Of a stretch of DNA of 33,723 nucleotides, positions 10,312 through 19,333 are shown piece by piece. How positions within the stretch are numbered: position 1 is the first letter of the stretch; every line of letters starts with the position of its first letter. This stretch comes from Patescibacteria group bacterium (GTDB taxonomy: Bacteria; Patescibacteriota; Minisyncoccia; Phycocordibacterales; GWA1-40-21), in contig JAGXAA010000001.1 in NCBI GenBank assembly GCA_018971765.1, positions 1 to 33,723 of the forward strand, read 5' to 3'. Made by a program: the position numbers and the translations under genes. The notes under the pieces were generated by a model that did no database searches, was not told where the DNA came from, and was given only the letters and a program-made list of their open reading frames with translations.

Positions 10312-10782
10312 TTACTTCACGTCTATGATTTTGCAATTTATTATTCCGTTCGGAGCACTGTACGAAAAAGTTTCTCCTTTTTTCTTGCCCATCATAGCGG
10401 CGCCGATTGGCGATCTGTTTGATAATTTACCGGCGTTCATATCGGCCTCTTCGGAACCGACAACCTTGAAAACTTTGTTGGTGGTTTCGCCTTTTTTCTG
10501 GATTGTCACGGTCGAGCCTATGCTCACGATGTCTCCATGGTAAGAAGAAACTATCTCGGCCGACTTGAGGATTGATTCCAATTTGGCTATTCTGTCTTCA
10601 ATATTCGCCTGCCATTCTCTAGCCTCTTGATATTCGGCGTTTTCAGAAAGATCACCGAGAGATTTGGCGTATTCCAAACTTTCAGCCACCTCTTTTCTCT
10701 TGACTTTTTTCAGATTATCAAGCTCTCTAACCAGCTCCTCGTATTTTTCTTTAGTTAAATATTCGTGCTCTTTATTATCCAT
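10312..10782 (-). CDS. greA: Transcription elongation factor GreA
   Basis: 156 aa with the coiled-coil N-terminus DLSENAEYQEAREWQ and a GreA C-terminal domain. Confidence 0.9.
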   Translation of the reverse strand: MDNKEHEYLTKEKYEELVRELDNLKKVKRKEVAESLEYAKSLGDLSENAEYQEAREWQANIEDRIAKLESILKSAEIVSSYHGDIVSIGSTVTIQKKGETTNKVFKVVGSEEADMNAGKLSNRSPIGAAMMGKKKGETFSYSAPNGIINCKIIDVK

Positions 10783-10901
10783 ATTTTTTTGATTTTAAAT
10801 ATCGTTATATGTTATAGGATTTTTGGTCAAAGTCAATCCTCGACTTCCGTAAAGCGATGAGTGTGGAAAAAAAATGATTAATTTTATATTTACTTTACTT
10901 T

Positions 10902-11035
10902 GAATTACGAAACTCGTCGAAGGCGCGTCTGTTTTAGGGGGTTTCGAGCGCGACGGCGCGAGAACTTCAGGATTTTTTAAGCTTCAAAAAATCCGTACCC
11001 TAAAAAAGACATGCCGAGAAAGAGTTTTGTAATTT
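10902..11035. repeat. Intergenic palindromic element, copy C (shares termini with copies A and B, different core)
   Basis: The 5' end GAATTACGAAACTC pairs with the 3' end GAGTTTTGTAATTT; both mismatches are G-T. Nested inner palindromes are GTCTGTTTTAGGG/CCCTAAAAAAGAC and GATTTTTT/AAAAAATC. It is preceded by CTTTG, as in the other copies. Confidence 0.5.
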
Positions 11036-11051
11036 ACGATTATTGAATATC

Positions 11052-13502
11052 TTATAGACAAATAAGCGAAACTAGACTGTCGCTGTCTCGGAGTTTCATT
11101 ATCCGCACGCCTTGAGTCTGCCGGCCGAGAGAAGGTATTTCCTTGCCGTCAACTCTTATGACTTGGCTTTTCTTGGAGATGGCGACTATTTCTTCCTCTT
11201 CTTCCGAGACGACCTTCGAGGCAATAATGTCTCCCGTCTTGGGAGTCACTCTCATCGTGCGAATGCCCGACCCGCCCCTATTTTGCGTTTTGTATTCTTT
11301 GAGATTGGTCTTCTTGCCGTAGCCATTCTGACTTATCACGAGGAAGGCCGGATTTTTCGCGTCTTTTTTAATCACATCCGCTCCTACGACGCTGTCGCTT
11401 TTGCCCAGTCTTATCGCTCTCACTCCCGCCGCTCCTCTGCCCATCACCCTAATGTCGGATTCTTTGAAACGAATTGACTGTCCTTTGGCAGTGGCGATAA
11501 TCGCTTCATCTGCCGGAGCGCTGAAAGAAACGGCCTTCAATTCGTCTCCTTCTTGAAGAGTGATGGCTATGAGGCCACTTCTTCGCACATCGTGGAAACT
11601 TTCAGCTTTGACTCTCTTGGCTACGCCGTTTTTCGTAATCATAATAAGCGACAAGCTGAGCTTCTTCGCTTCTTTCGGCATAGCGAGAACGGAAGTCACT
11701 TTTTCTTCCGCGCCGATTGACAGGAAATTCATTATCGACTTGCCTTTCGTCGCCCTTTTTCCTTCCGGCAATTCATACATTTTGACTTGATACGCTTTGC
11801 CTTTGTCGGTGAAAAACAAAACATCGCTGTGCATCGTCGCGGTCAAAAAAGTCGTGACAAAATCCTCGTCCTTGGTATCCAAATCAACCACGCCGACTCC
11901 TCCTCGCTTTTGTTTCTTGTATTCATCGGGGTTCGTCCTCTTGATATATCCTCCGGTAGTAAGCACGAGAACCGTTTCTTCGTCTGGAATCAAGTCTTCA
12001 TCGGAAAGAGCCTCCGCTCCCTGCTTCATGACTTTAGTTCTTCTTTCATCGCCGTATTTTTCTTTTATCGCTTTGAGCTCATCTTTTATTATGCCGAGTA
12101 TTTTCTTGGGGTTCGCCAAAATATCTTTCAAGACTTTAATAAGCGCTTGAACGGCTTTCAGTTCGTCTTCAATTTTCTTTCTTTCGAGTCCTGCCAACTT
12201 CTGAAGCTTCATTTCCAAAATGGCAACGGCTTGCCTTTCGGAAAATTTAAATTCTTTCATCAAATTTTTCTGCGCCTCGACGACATCTTTCGACTGCTTG
12301 ATGAGCTTGATGATTCTGTCAATGTGGTCAAGCGCCTTGGAAAGACCGAGTAAAATATGTTCTCTGTCCTCCGCTTTTCTAAGGTCAAATTCCGTCCTTC
12401 TTTTTATCACTATTCTTCTGTGTCCGATGAATTCTTCGAGAATGGATTTCAAGGAAAGGGTCTGCGGGACTCCGTCCGCCAAAGCCACCATATTGAAATG
12501 AAAAGTGTCTTCAAGCTGAGTGTGTTTGTAGAGAAAATTCAGCACCTTCTGCGGATGCGCTCCGCTCTTCAAGTCAATCGCTATGCGAATATCTTTTGCG
12601 GATTCATCTCGAAGACCTTTGATGCCTTCCACTTTCTTGTCTCTCACCAACTCGGCGATTTTTATTATGAGTTCGGCTTTGTTCACTCGGTAAGGAATCG
12701 AGCTTATGATGATCTGCGACACTCCTTTCTTGTCCTCGATAATTTCCGCCACGCCTCTTGTCACTACTCCTCCTCTTCCGTTCGCGTAAGCGTGATGAAT
12801 GTCTTTTTTATTGAAAATAATTCCCCCGGTCGGAAAATCAGGGCCTTTGACGAATTCAAGAAGGTCTTCGTTCGCCGCGTCTTTGTTATCGATGAGATGC
12901 GTGGCCGCATCCACGATTTCGCCGAGATTATGAGGCGGGATGTTAGTCGCCATACCGACAGCGATGCCCAGCGTGCCGTTCAAAAGCAAATTCGGAACGG
13001 CTGCCGGCAACACCGCCGGCTCTTTTCTCGTGTTTTCATAGTTGGGACGGAAATCAACCGTGTCTTTGTCGATATCCCGCAACATCTCGCCTGAAATTCG
13101 AGACATCTTCGCTTCAGTGTATCTTTCGGCGGCGGCATTGTCTCCGTCAATCGAACCGAAGTTTCCCTGACCGATGATGAGCGGATATCGATATGAAAAA
13201 TCTTGAGCCATCTTCACCATCGCGTCATAAACGGAAACATTCCCGTGAGGATGATAATTGCCCGTGACGTCTCCGGTGATTTTAGCCGACTTTCTGGTCT
13301 TGGCTCCGGCGTGAAGCCCTATCTCGTGCATAGCGAAGAGAATTCTCCTGTGCACCGGCTTCAAGCCGTCGCGGACATCGGGCAGAGCTCTCATCGTGAT
13401 GACGGACATCGCGTAGTCAAGATACGATTCTTTCATCTCGGTCGTTATGTTTCTCGACACTATGCCTTTGCTGATTTCTCTTTGTATTTTATCCTCGTCC
13501 AT
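11052..13502 (-). CDS. gyrA: DNA gyrase subunit A
   Basis: Contains [30 protein letters not shown] and the active-site region AAAERYTEA. The C-terminal beta-pinwheel repeats are present. The track start at 13532 is TTG; the ATG at 13502 fits the usual GyrA N-terminal length better. Confidence 0.95.
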   Translation of the reverse strand: MDEDKIQREISKGIVSRNITTEMKESYLDYAMSVITMRALPDVRDGLKPVHRRILFAMHEIGLHAGAKTRKSAKITGDVTGNYHPHGNVSVYDAMVKMAQDFSYRYPLIIGQGNFGSIDGDNAAAERYTEAKMSRISGEMLRDIDKDTVDFRPNYENTRKEPAVLPAAVPNLLLNGTLGIAVGMATNIPPHNLGEIVDAATHLIDNKDAANEDLLEFVKGPDFPTGGIIFNKKDIHHAYANGRGGVVTRGVAEIIEDKKGVSQIIISSIPYRVNKAELIIKIAELVRDKKVEGIKGLRDESAKDIRIAIDLKSGAHPQKVLNFLYKHTQLEDTFHFNMVALADGVPQTLSLKSILEEFIGHRRIVIKRRTEFDLRKAEDREHILLGLSKALDHIDRIIKLIKQSKDVVEAQKNLMKEFKFSERQAVAILEMKLQKLAGLERKKIEDELKAVQALIKVLKDILANPKKILGIIKDELKAIKEKYGDERRTKVMKQGAEALSDEDLIPDEETVLVLTTGGYIKRTNPDEYKKQKRGGVGVVDLDTKDEDFVTTFLTATMHSDVLFFTDKGKAYQVKMYELPEGKRATKGKSIMNFLSIGAEEKVTSVLAMPKEAKKLSLSLIMITKNGVAKRVKAESFHDVRRSGLIAITLQEGDELKAVSFSAPADEAIIATAKGQSIRFKESDIRVMGRGAAGVRAIRLGKSDSVVGADVIKKDAKNPAFLVISQNGYGKKTNLKEYKTQNRGGSGIRTMRVTPKTGDIIASKVVSEEEEEIVAISKKSQVIRVDGKEIPSLGRQTQGVRIMKLRDSDSLVSLICL

Positions 13503-13595
13503 ATTTGCCAATACTATATCATTTCTTCGCAAAAATTGAAAATGGCCTAAGGGACTTTTATTTTAACTCTGCAAAGATTTTTTATGCTATACCGT

Positions 13596-13697
13596 GAATT
13601 ACGAAACGCAAAATTTAAGTCCTCGGGTCGCAAAAACTCTTTGTCTTTCAAGGTGTTTTTGCTCAACCAGACTATAAATTTTTGCGTTTCATAATTC
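13596..13697. repeat. Intergenic palindromic element, copy A (~95% identical by eye to the reverse complement of copy B at 30845..30947)
   Basis: GAATTACGAAACGCAAAATTTAAGTCCTCGGGTCGCAAAAACTCTTTGTCTTTCAAGGTGTTTTTGCTCAACCAGACTATAAATTTTTGCGTTTCATAATTC. The arms pair for ~22 bp and there is an inner GCAAAAAC/GTTTTTGC stem. ATGCTATA flanks it at 13584-13591 and 13702-13709. Confidence 0.7.
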
Positions 13698-13717
13698 AAA
13701 GATGCTATAGTATTTTT

Positions 13718-14062
13718 ATGATTATTAGAATTGTTGAAGACGCCATAAGCATAGATGAACTGCGAGAGATAGCTAAGGAGTATTACGTCGATATGATTAA
13801 AGGCGTGGTGGATATCTCTAAGGAAATAATCGCCGTTGGCGGAGAATATCATATGGATGCGAATGCTAAGATATCGGAAAATGGATCTGTCCAAGCGGAC
13901 GTATGGGGGTTTAATATTTTTTTCGACCGGCCCAAAGACGAACGAATTGAATTTACTTCGCTTATCAATATTCGCCCGCAAGCGGGCAACAGATCGATGG
14001 AAGTGGAAGATGGAACGATTCGCGAGAAAATGCGAGCGGTTATCAATAGTAAGATTATTTAA
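13718..14062 (+). CDS. Small conserved protein, DUF5674-like
   Basis: The ATG at 13718 gives MIIRIVEDAISIDELREIAKEYYVDMIKGVVDISKEIIAVGGEYHMDA...WGFNIFF...SLINIRPQAGNRSMEVED. I recall this pattern from the DUF5674 family, from memory only. The upstream TTG start in the track lies inside repeat A. Confidence 0.6.
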   Translation: MIIRIVEDAISIDELREIAKEYYVDMIKGVVDISKEIIAVGGEYHMDANAKISENGSVQADVWGFNIFFDRPKDERIEFTSLINIRPQAGNRSMEVEDGTIREKMRAVINSKII

Positions 14063-14064
14063 AT

Positions 14065-14376
14065 ATGGAACGGACTCCGCTATTTTATCTGGCAAATCTC
14101 GGCAGTGAAGTGCATAGGATTTTTACCTTGAAGGAAAAAGGGTTGTTTAAAGAAGCGGAAGGGGCTTATGCTCGAGCTTCTGATATTATCGAGAAGCTTT
14201 TAAACCATCCCGACCTTCAAGGGAGAACAGGGGAAATAAAAATATTAAGAGATTATCTTGAGCAATCCATGAAGAGCAAGAACGCGCAATTTTTGAAAAA
14301 AGAATGGCAAGGATATTTTTCTCCATACGCGAATAGGCTATTTTATAGCTTGGAAACAAAACATCCTGATTTATAA
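14065..14376 (+). CDS. Hypothetical protein
   Basis: 103-aa ORF that starts 3 nt after the preceding stop, so it is probably co-transcribed. I recognise no family. Confidence 0.45.
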   Translation: MERTPLFYLANLGSEVHRIFTLKEKGLFKEAEGAYARASDIIEKLLNHPDLQGRTGEIKILRDYLEQSMKSKNAQFLKKEWQGYFSPYANRLFYSLETKHPDL

Positions 14377-14381
14377 AAATT

Positions 14382-14639
14382 TCACTGGCCTTTTTGCCCC
14401 GCGCCGATTATTTTTACGAAACTTGAATACGCTTCGGCAATGTTTTCTTTTATTGAAGAAATCGGAGCGGCAATGTCCGCGAATGAATCTTTTTTCGGTT
14501 CATTGGAGGCGGGGGTGAGCCAAAAAGTGGAAATCCAAACAAAAAAGATGACGCCTGTGATTGAAGCGGAAACAGTCAAAGCAATCATTTTTTTCTTGGC
14601 GGGAGATTTTTTTCTTAATTCGTCTATGAAATCAAACAT
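14382..14639 (-). CDS. Hypothetical small membrane protein
   Basis: The ATG at 14639 gives MFDFIDELRKKSPAKKKMIALTVSASITGVIFFVWISTFW..., with one TM segment. The track start is GTG at 14654. Confidence 0.4.
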   Translation of the reverse strand: MFDFIDELRKKSPAKKKMIALTVSASITGVIFFVWISTFWLTPASNEPKKDSFADIAAPISSIKENIAEAYSSFVKIIGAGQKGQ

Positions 14640-14771
14640 ATTAATTCGAAGCACGAAATCCGAAAGAAAATTGAAGTACTAATGACAAAAATTCAAAACT
14701 TGTTTTGGACATTAGGATTTAGAATTTTGTATTTGTTTCGAATTTCTTGCTTTCTTTATTATAATAAATTA

Positions 14772-15656
14772 TCAATTGCCATCTATAATTTCTAACAAAG
14801 TTTCCTCATCAATATCTTTATCAAATTCAAAAATAATTTCCCCATTTTTTTCTTTTTTATAAAAAATATGAATAGCCAGATCGCCCGATTCCCTATTTTT
14901 TATTTCCACGTCAAACCCTTCAGCGTAATCAAATCCTTGATTATTGAGTGCCTGAACAAATTTATCTCTTTCCTCAATTCCTTTGATCTTCTCAATTACT
15001 TTTGCTAAAAAGCTTTCAAGCACTCCTTGATGAGAAGCAAAAAATCTTTTCATCGTGTCTTCATATTTTTTGTCATCATCTTGGACAAGCTCGTTAAAAC
15101 GCGGAGCTATGTCATAGTATTTTTGAATAATGTAGGCTATGGCTTGAGCTTGTTTGGTGTAAGTTGAACTCTTATTATCATTTTCTTCTTTAGCTAATTC
15201 ATCACTCTTTTCAACTAGAAATTTAAGATATTCGCTTTTCTTAGCAGCCTCTACTGCCTTTTTGAAATAATTGGAAGCAGAATCAGCCTCAAAATTAAGT
15301 CTGTCGTCCACTCTGATTTTTGAACCTGATTCTAAAGGCAAATCTTTATCCAGTTTTTCCTTTAATTCTTCCAGTGTTTCCGTTCCGGTAATCTCCTCCA
15401 GCTTGCCAGACATAACCAAGCCGCCCGTCTCTTGAGTTCTCTTCTTCGGCGAACCGAAAACCATTGATTGGCTAATATCATCCTGCTCGGCTTTTTCTTT
15501 AGCATGAATTTTCCCTTCAGGAGTTAACCTCACTTCCTCATCACTCTTTGTCTTATCATTCTCTTTTTCGTCGTGGCGCATAAAAATCAACTCTATTTTA
15601 GAAGTATAATCTTTCAATCTTTCTTTATTTTCAAAATTTTTTTGTTTTTCAAACAT
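14772..15656 (-). CDS. Histidine phosphatase superfamily (phosphoglycerate-mutase-like) protein
   Basis: The N-terminal IFMRHDEKEN...RLTPEGKIHAKE matches the RHxE...LTxxG signature of branch-1 histidine phosphatases. It is the last gene of a tightly packed five-gene minus-strand operon. Confidence 0.55.
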   Translation of the reverse strand: MFEKQKNFENKERLKDYTSKIELIFMRHDEKENDKTKSDEEVRLTPEGKIHAKEKAEQDDISQSMVFGSPKKRTQETGGLVMSGKLEEITGTETLEELKEKLDKDLPLESGSKIRVDDRLNFEADSASNYFKKAVEAAKKSEYLKFLVEKSDELAKEENDNKSSTYTKQAQAIAYIIQKYYDIAPRFNELVQDDDKKYEDTMKRFFASHQGVLESFLAKVIEKIKGIEERDKFVQALNNQGFDYAEGFDVEIKNRESGDLAIHIFYKKEKNGEIIFEFDKDIDEETLLEIIDGN

Positions 15657-15661
15657 ATTTT

Positions 15662-17104
15662 TTATTTCGCTTTTTTAATAATTCTCACCACCCCGTTGTC
15701 CGCGTCCACTTCCACCAAATCGCCGTCTTTTAGAATTCTGGTTGCATTTTTTGTGCCAACAATGCATGGTTTATTTAATTCCCTTGATATGATGGCGGCG
15801 TGGCAAGTTATACCGCCTTCGTCGGTTACTATAGCCGATGACTTTTTCATTAAGGGCACAAATTCCGCCCTTGTCATTGAAGTAACTAAAATATTTCCGG
15901 GTATAAACCTTGAAAATTCTGACCTGTCAAGAATGATGCTGACTTTCGCTATCACCCTGCCTTTACAGCCAGTGTTTCCCCTAATCTCAAACATTTCATT
16001 ATCTTCTCTTTCATCCATAAATTTGTAAGCCTTATCTTTAATTTCTTTGACTCTGCCGTATTCAAATTCATAGCCATTTTTATTTACATATACAGCAATA
16101 CCTTTTTTTCTAAGTTTTATTTGATCGCAATAATCATTTTTTTTATAGGTTCCATCAGTAAAATCAGCGTAATACCCCCAAACTATGTCGTCTTGCGGAA
16201 TATTTTTTCTCTTAAAAATTTCTCTGACAATGTTGGATATTAAGGCTATAATTTTTTGTATCGGTTCTTTTCTTATGTCTCTAACATATAGACAAAGCTG
16301 GATGTATTCTAATAATTTATTCAAATCTTTAGATAATTTGTTCTTAAAGTCATATATCTTTTTTTTATTAGACAAAATATCATTGGAAATTTTATCAAGT
16401 TCAGCGCTAATTTTTTCAAACCCACCCTTATCCTTGATTATCTTATCAAAATAAATCGCAGATTCTTCAATCGGCGGGCAAATATAATAATCACTAAGCA
16501 TCCATTGTCCTGCATAATGGTCCGAATCTTCTTTTAACGAAAGTATCGCTCGATCAAACTTTGTTGCAAATGACTCAAAGGTGCTTCTTGCGCTAAGGTC
16601 AAAAAAAACTTTGAAGTTTTTGTCTTCACCGCCAATCTCTTTATAAAATTTATAAATTAAGTTCTCGTCTAATGCCTCGCAAAAAACAGTTGATGCCAAT
16701 ATACTTGGCACTAAATTAAAACAGAGCTTTGCAACAGCGTCTAATTCTTTTTCTTTTATTGATTTCAGTTTTTCTGGGGTATATTTTTTATAATATTCAT
16801 TGCCTTTTTCCCAGATTGACAAAAAATCTTTATATTCAAGCAGATGGTCTATATTTTTTAATTTTTGAAATTTGCGAAAAGTTGAAATGGTGGTGCTTAC
16901 ATATTTTTCTAAATCGAAGAAAATTACTCCATACTTATTTTCCGCCAAAAAGATAAATGACCCAAAACCAAAGTCATAATACCTATCAATGTAAGGAACA
17001 AAAATCATGGGGATTATGCTTCCATATATTAATAAAGAAAAACTTCCTTCTTGTTTCGTTATTTTCTTTCCTTCAAAATCTTTTTTGAATTTTTCAAAAA
17101 TCAT
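15662..17104 (-). CDS. PEP-utilising-enzyme mobile (swivelling phosphohistidine) domain protein with a large N-terminal domain of unknown specificity
   Basis: C-terminus: GRVIAKVSIILDRSEFSRFIPGNILVTSMTRAEFVPLMKKSSAIVTDEGGITCHAAIISRELNKPCIVG, the swivel domain with its catalytic His. The start overlaps the upstream stop (TAATG). Confidence 0.75.
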   Translation of the reverse strand: MIFEKFKKDFEGKKITKQEGSFSLLIYGSIIPMIFVPYIDRYYDFGFGSFIFLAENKYGVIFFDLEKYVSTTISTFRKFQKLKNIDHLLEYKDFLSIWEKGNEYYKKYTPEKLKSIKEKELDAVAKLCFNLVPSILASTVFCEALDENLIYKFYKEIGGEDKNFKVFFDLSARSTFESFATKFDRAILSLKEDSDHYAGQWMLSDYYICPPIEESAIYFDKIIKDKGGFEKISAELDKISNDILSNKKKIYDFKNKLSKDLNKLLEYIQLCLYVRDIRKEPIQKIIALISNIVREIFKRKNIPQDDIVWGYYADFTDGTYKKNDYCDQIKLRKKGIAVYVNKNGYEFEYGRVKEIKDKAYKFMDEREDNEMFEIRGNTGCKGRVIAKVSIILDRSEFSRFIPGNILVTSMTRAEFVPLMKKSSAIVTDEGGITCHAAIISRELNKPCIVGTKNATRILKDGDLVEVDADNGVVRIIKKAK

Positions 17105-17985
17105 TACAATTTCGTTTTTTGTTTTTTAAATTTACGGCCATTAATCCATGCCACAAGCCATTTAATGTGTGTTTCAAAATCTGTTTCGCTCCTTGAATTA
17201 TCTTCGTAAGGATGCGGAAGGTTAGCTCTTGATCCGGTCAGTAATTTTCCTCCTCCAACCAAAACAAGAGTTCTAAAAATTTGATTACCAACCATGCCAT
17301 TAGGAGGCACGATTATATTACAGTCATCTTTTAGGGCTGTTTCAATCTCTATGGCATAATTTTTTGCTTCTATATTTTTTTTAGTAAAATACTCAACGAC
17401 TGAATTTGCATCATCATAAGTTTGATTTAGGGTCTTCTGCACGCCATCTTTAAGTCCTTTTTTTCTTTCGTAAGTCTCGTGTCTTATACCAGTTATCAGG
17501 CCTATTTTAGGCTTTATTCCCAACTCTGCTTCCATAAATCCAATGACTCCCTCGCAATCTTTAATTTTTTCTTCTACTGTCCAGCCATGTGGGTTGCTTC
17601 CATTTGAAATAAAAAATTGTCTTCCGTAAAAATCCTCCATTAGCGCCAGCTCTATAATTTCTTTTGCTTTTTCTTGACCAACTAAAGCCGAATACGCTTC
17701 AAAGGTTTTAAAATCGTCAATAGTCCCCCTGACTATACCTTCTACTTCCCCGTTAAAAAGCGTCTTTGCCAATTCTTTTTCCGGTTCTTCGGAAATTATT
17801 TTTTGAAAACCCTCAACATTCTCAATAGCGTTTGGCCCGACTAATACAATCTCGGCATATTTTTTGGATTTAACCAAGCTTTTCAAGATTTCCTTATTGG
17901 GTTCTTTTAAACCGAAGCCAATTTTAGGCTTGCCTAATTTTATTCTTTCTCTGATTATTTTTTCAAATTGAGTTATCTTTTTCAT
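17104..17985 (-). CDS. Pta/PlsX-fold (phosphate acyltransferase-like) protein, weak assignment
   Basis: 293 aa. The pattern IGFGL...VLVGP...GEVEGIVRGT...VPPNGMVGNQIFRTL loosely resembles phosphate acetyl/butyryl-transferase and PlsX families. Confidence 0.4.
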   Translation of the reverse strand: MKKITQFEKIIRERIKLGKPKIGFGLKEPNKEILKSLVKSKKYAEIVLVGPNAIENVEGFQKIISEEPEKELAKTLFNGEVEGIVRGTIDDFKTFEAYSALVGQEKAKEIIELALMEDFYGRQFFISNGSNPHGWTVEEKIKDCEGVIGFMEAELGIKPKIGLITGIRHETYERKKGLKDGVQKTLNQTYDDANSVVEYFTKKNIEAKNYAIEIETALKDDCNIIVPPNGMVGNQIFRTLVLVGGGKLLTGSRANLPHPYEDNSRSETDFETHIKWLVAWINGRKFKKQKTKL

Positions 17986-18006
17986 AAAATAATTTTACTT
18001 ATCATA

Positions 18007-19329
18007 TCACAAACATACAACTTTGCCATCTTTTATAATTTCTATTTCTTCTTCATTCTCTTTAATACCTTTAATTGTTGGTGACATGGCCACGCAATCA
18101 ATGTGAATCGGGATATCGTTATAATCGGGATCATTCTTTTCAATATTAAAAAGGCTATTTTTGCCTAAAGCAATATGAATTGTCCCAAGTCCTTTTTCCG
18201 CCTCAAGCGAAGTGTCCGGAGAAATTTTTTCTCTATCTTTATTGTATCTGAACGCTTTGGAATTCATGCCAAAAGAAAATTCCGCTAATCTGAAAGAATT
18301 TGTAATTTTATCATTGGGATTTTTTTCTTGATATTCTTTGTTGGTTTTTTCTAAAATTTCTTTCAGTTTTTTAGCTGACTCGCCACCTTCTATTTTTAGA
18401 ACTTTTCCGTTTTCAATAGTAAACTTTATTGGCTCATCAGGCCTGCCGATCATACCGATCGCGCCATCAGCAACATATACGCCGTTAGTTTCCATCAAAT
18501 CTACCGATCCTCCGTATTCGCCGGACGGGAAATTACTTCCCGTGCCAGCCCTGTCAACAATACCCGTTTCTTTTGCCAAACTCCGTACTTTAATATCAAG
18601 CATCAAATCCGTTCCATTTTTGCTGATTATCTTTACTTTCTCAACTCCTTTCATAACTTCCGCAAATTTATCTATCCTTTCCTTCATTTCTATTGGGTTC
18701 TCAAGTGCCCCGCCTTCAGTTAAAATTTCTCTCGCGGTATTAGTAATTGAGATTATTCTTGATTTAGAAGGAAACATGCTTGCCTCATCAATTTTTCGTT
18801 CACTCAACATTTTCGCCAATGTTTCAGGCGGATATTTGTTTCTTAATTCCGGAAAGGCGTTTTTTAAAGCAGGAGATTCCAGTAATGAACTTATAATTTC
18901 CGAGCTGTGTTTAGGATGAACTAATTCAACTGTCTCTTTGGAGTGCGACCTTGATAGCGATGTAACCAACAAAACAGCGTCCGCCGTTTTCATTTTTTCG
19001 CCGATGTTTTCGCCAAACTCTTGAGCGGCGTGTTCTGTTTTTGGCGCGACAACAATCCTGCAATCATCGCCAGCAATTTCTTGTCCCGCATCCAGCAATG
19101 CCTTGATCATTAATTTATCGGCTCCGCTGTCCGTAATAATCAACAAGTTTTCACCCTTAGAGTTATCCGGCGATCTTTTTAGAGAAAAAGACTTAATAAC
19201 ATTTTCCGCTCCAACTTTCATTTTTTCAAACTCCTCTTTTTCTTCAATAGATAATTCCTGTTCTTTCTTGTCCATTGAACGCATAGCAAGTTCGTAATCT
19301 AAGTATGGTTTTTCAAAATTATTTTGCAT
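18007..19329 (-). CDS. M29-family (aminopeptidase T/PepS-like) metallopeptidase
   Basis: FPSGEYGGSVDLMETNGVYVADGAIG..., EFSFGMNSKA and GTIHIALGKN resemble thermophilic metalloprotease M29. I prefer the ATG at 19329 because the track start overlaps the upstream gene. Confidence 0.7.
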   Translation of the reverse strand: MQNNFEKPYLDYELAMRSMDKKEQELSIEEKEEFEKMKVGAENVIKSFSLKRSPDNSKGENLLIITDSGADKLMIKALLDAGQEIAGDDCRIVVAPKTEHAAQEFGENIGEKMKTADAVLLVTSLSRSHSKETVELVHPKHSSEIISSLLESPALKNAFPELRNKYPPETLAKMLSERKIDEASMFPSKSRIISITNTAREILTEGGALENPIEMKERIDKFAEVMKGVEKVKIISKNGTDLMLDIKVRSLAKETGIVDRAGTGSNFPSGEYGGSVDLMETNGVYVADGAIGMIGRPDEPIKFTIENGKVLKIEGGESAKKLKEILEKTNKEYQEKNPNDKITNSFRLAEFSFGMNSKAFRYNKDREKISPDTSLEAEKGLGTIHIALGKNSLFNIEKNDPDYNDIPIHIDCVAMSPTIKGIKENEEEIEIIKDGKVVCL

Positions 19330-19333
19330 ATAA

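Noticed and set aside
13547-14095. 182-aa minus-strand ORF opposite the DUF5674-like gene
   Set aside because: It is antisense to a plus-strand ORF with a recognisable conserved pattern. It is low-complexity with odd composition, and its 3' end simply reads through palindromic repeat A.
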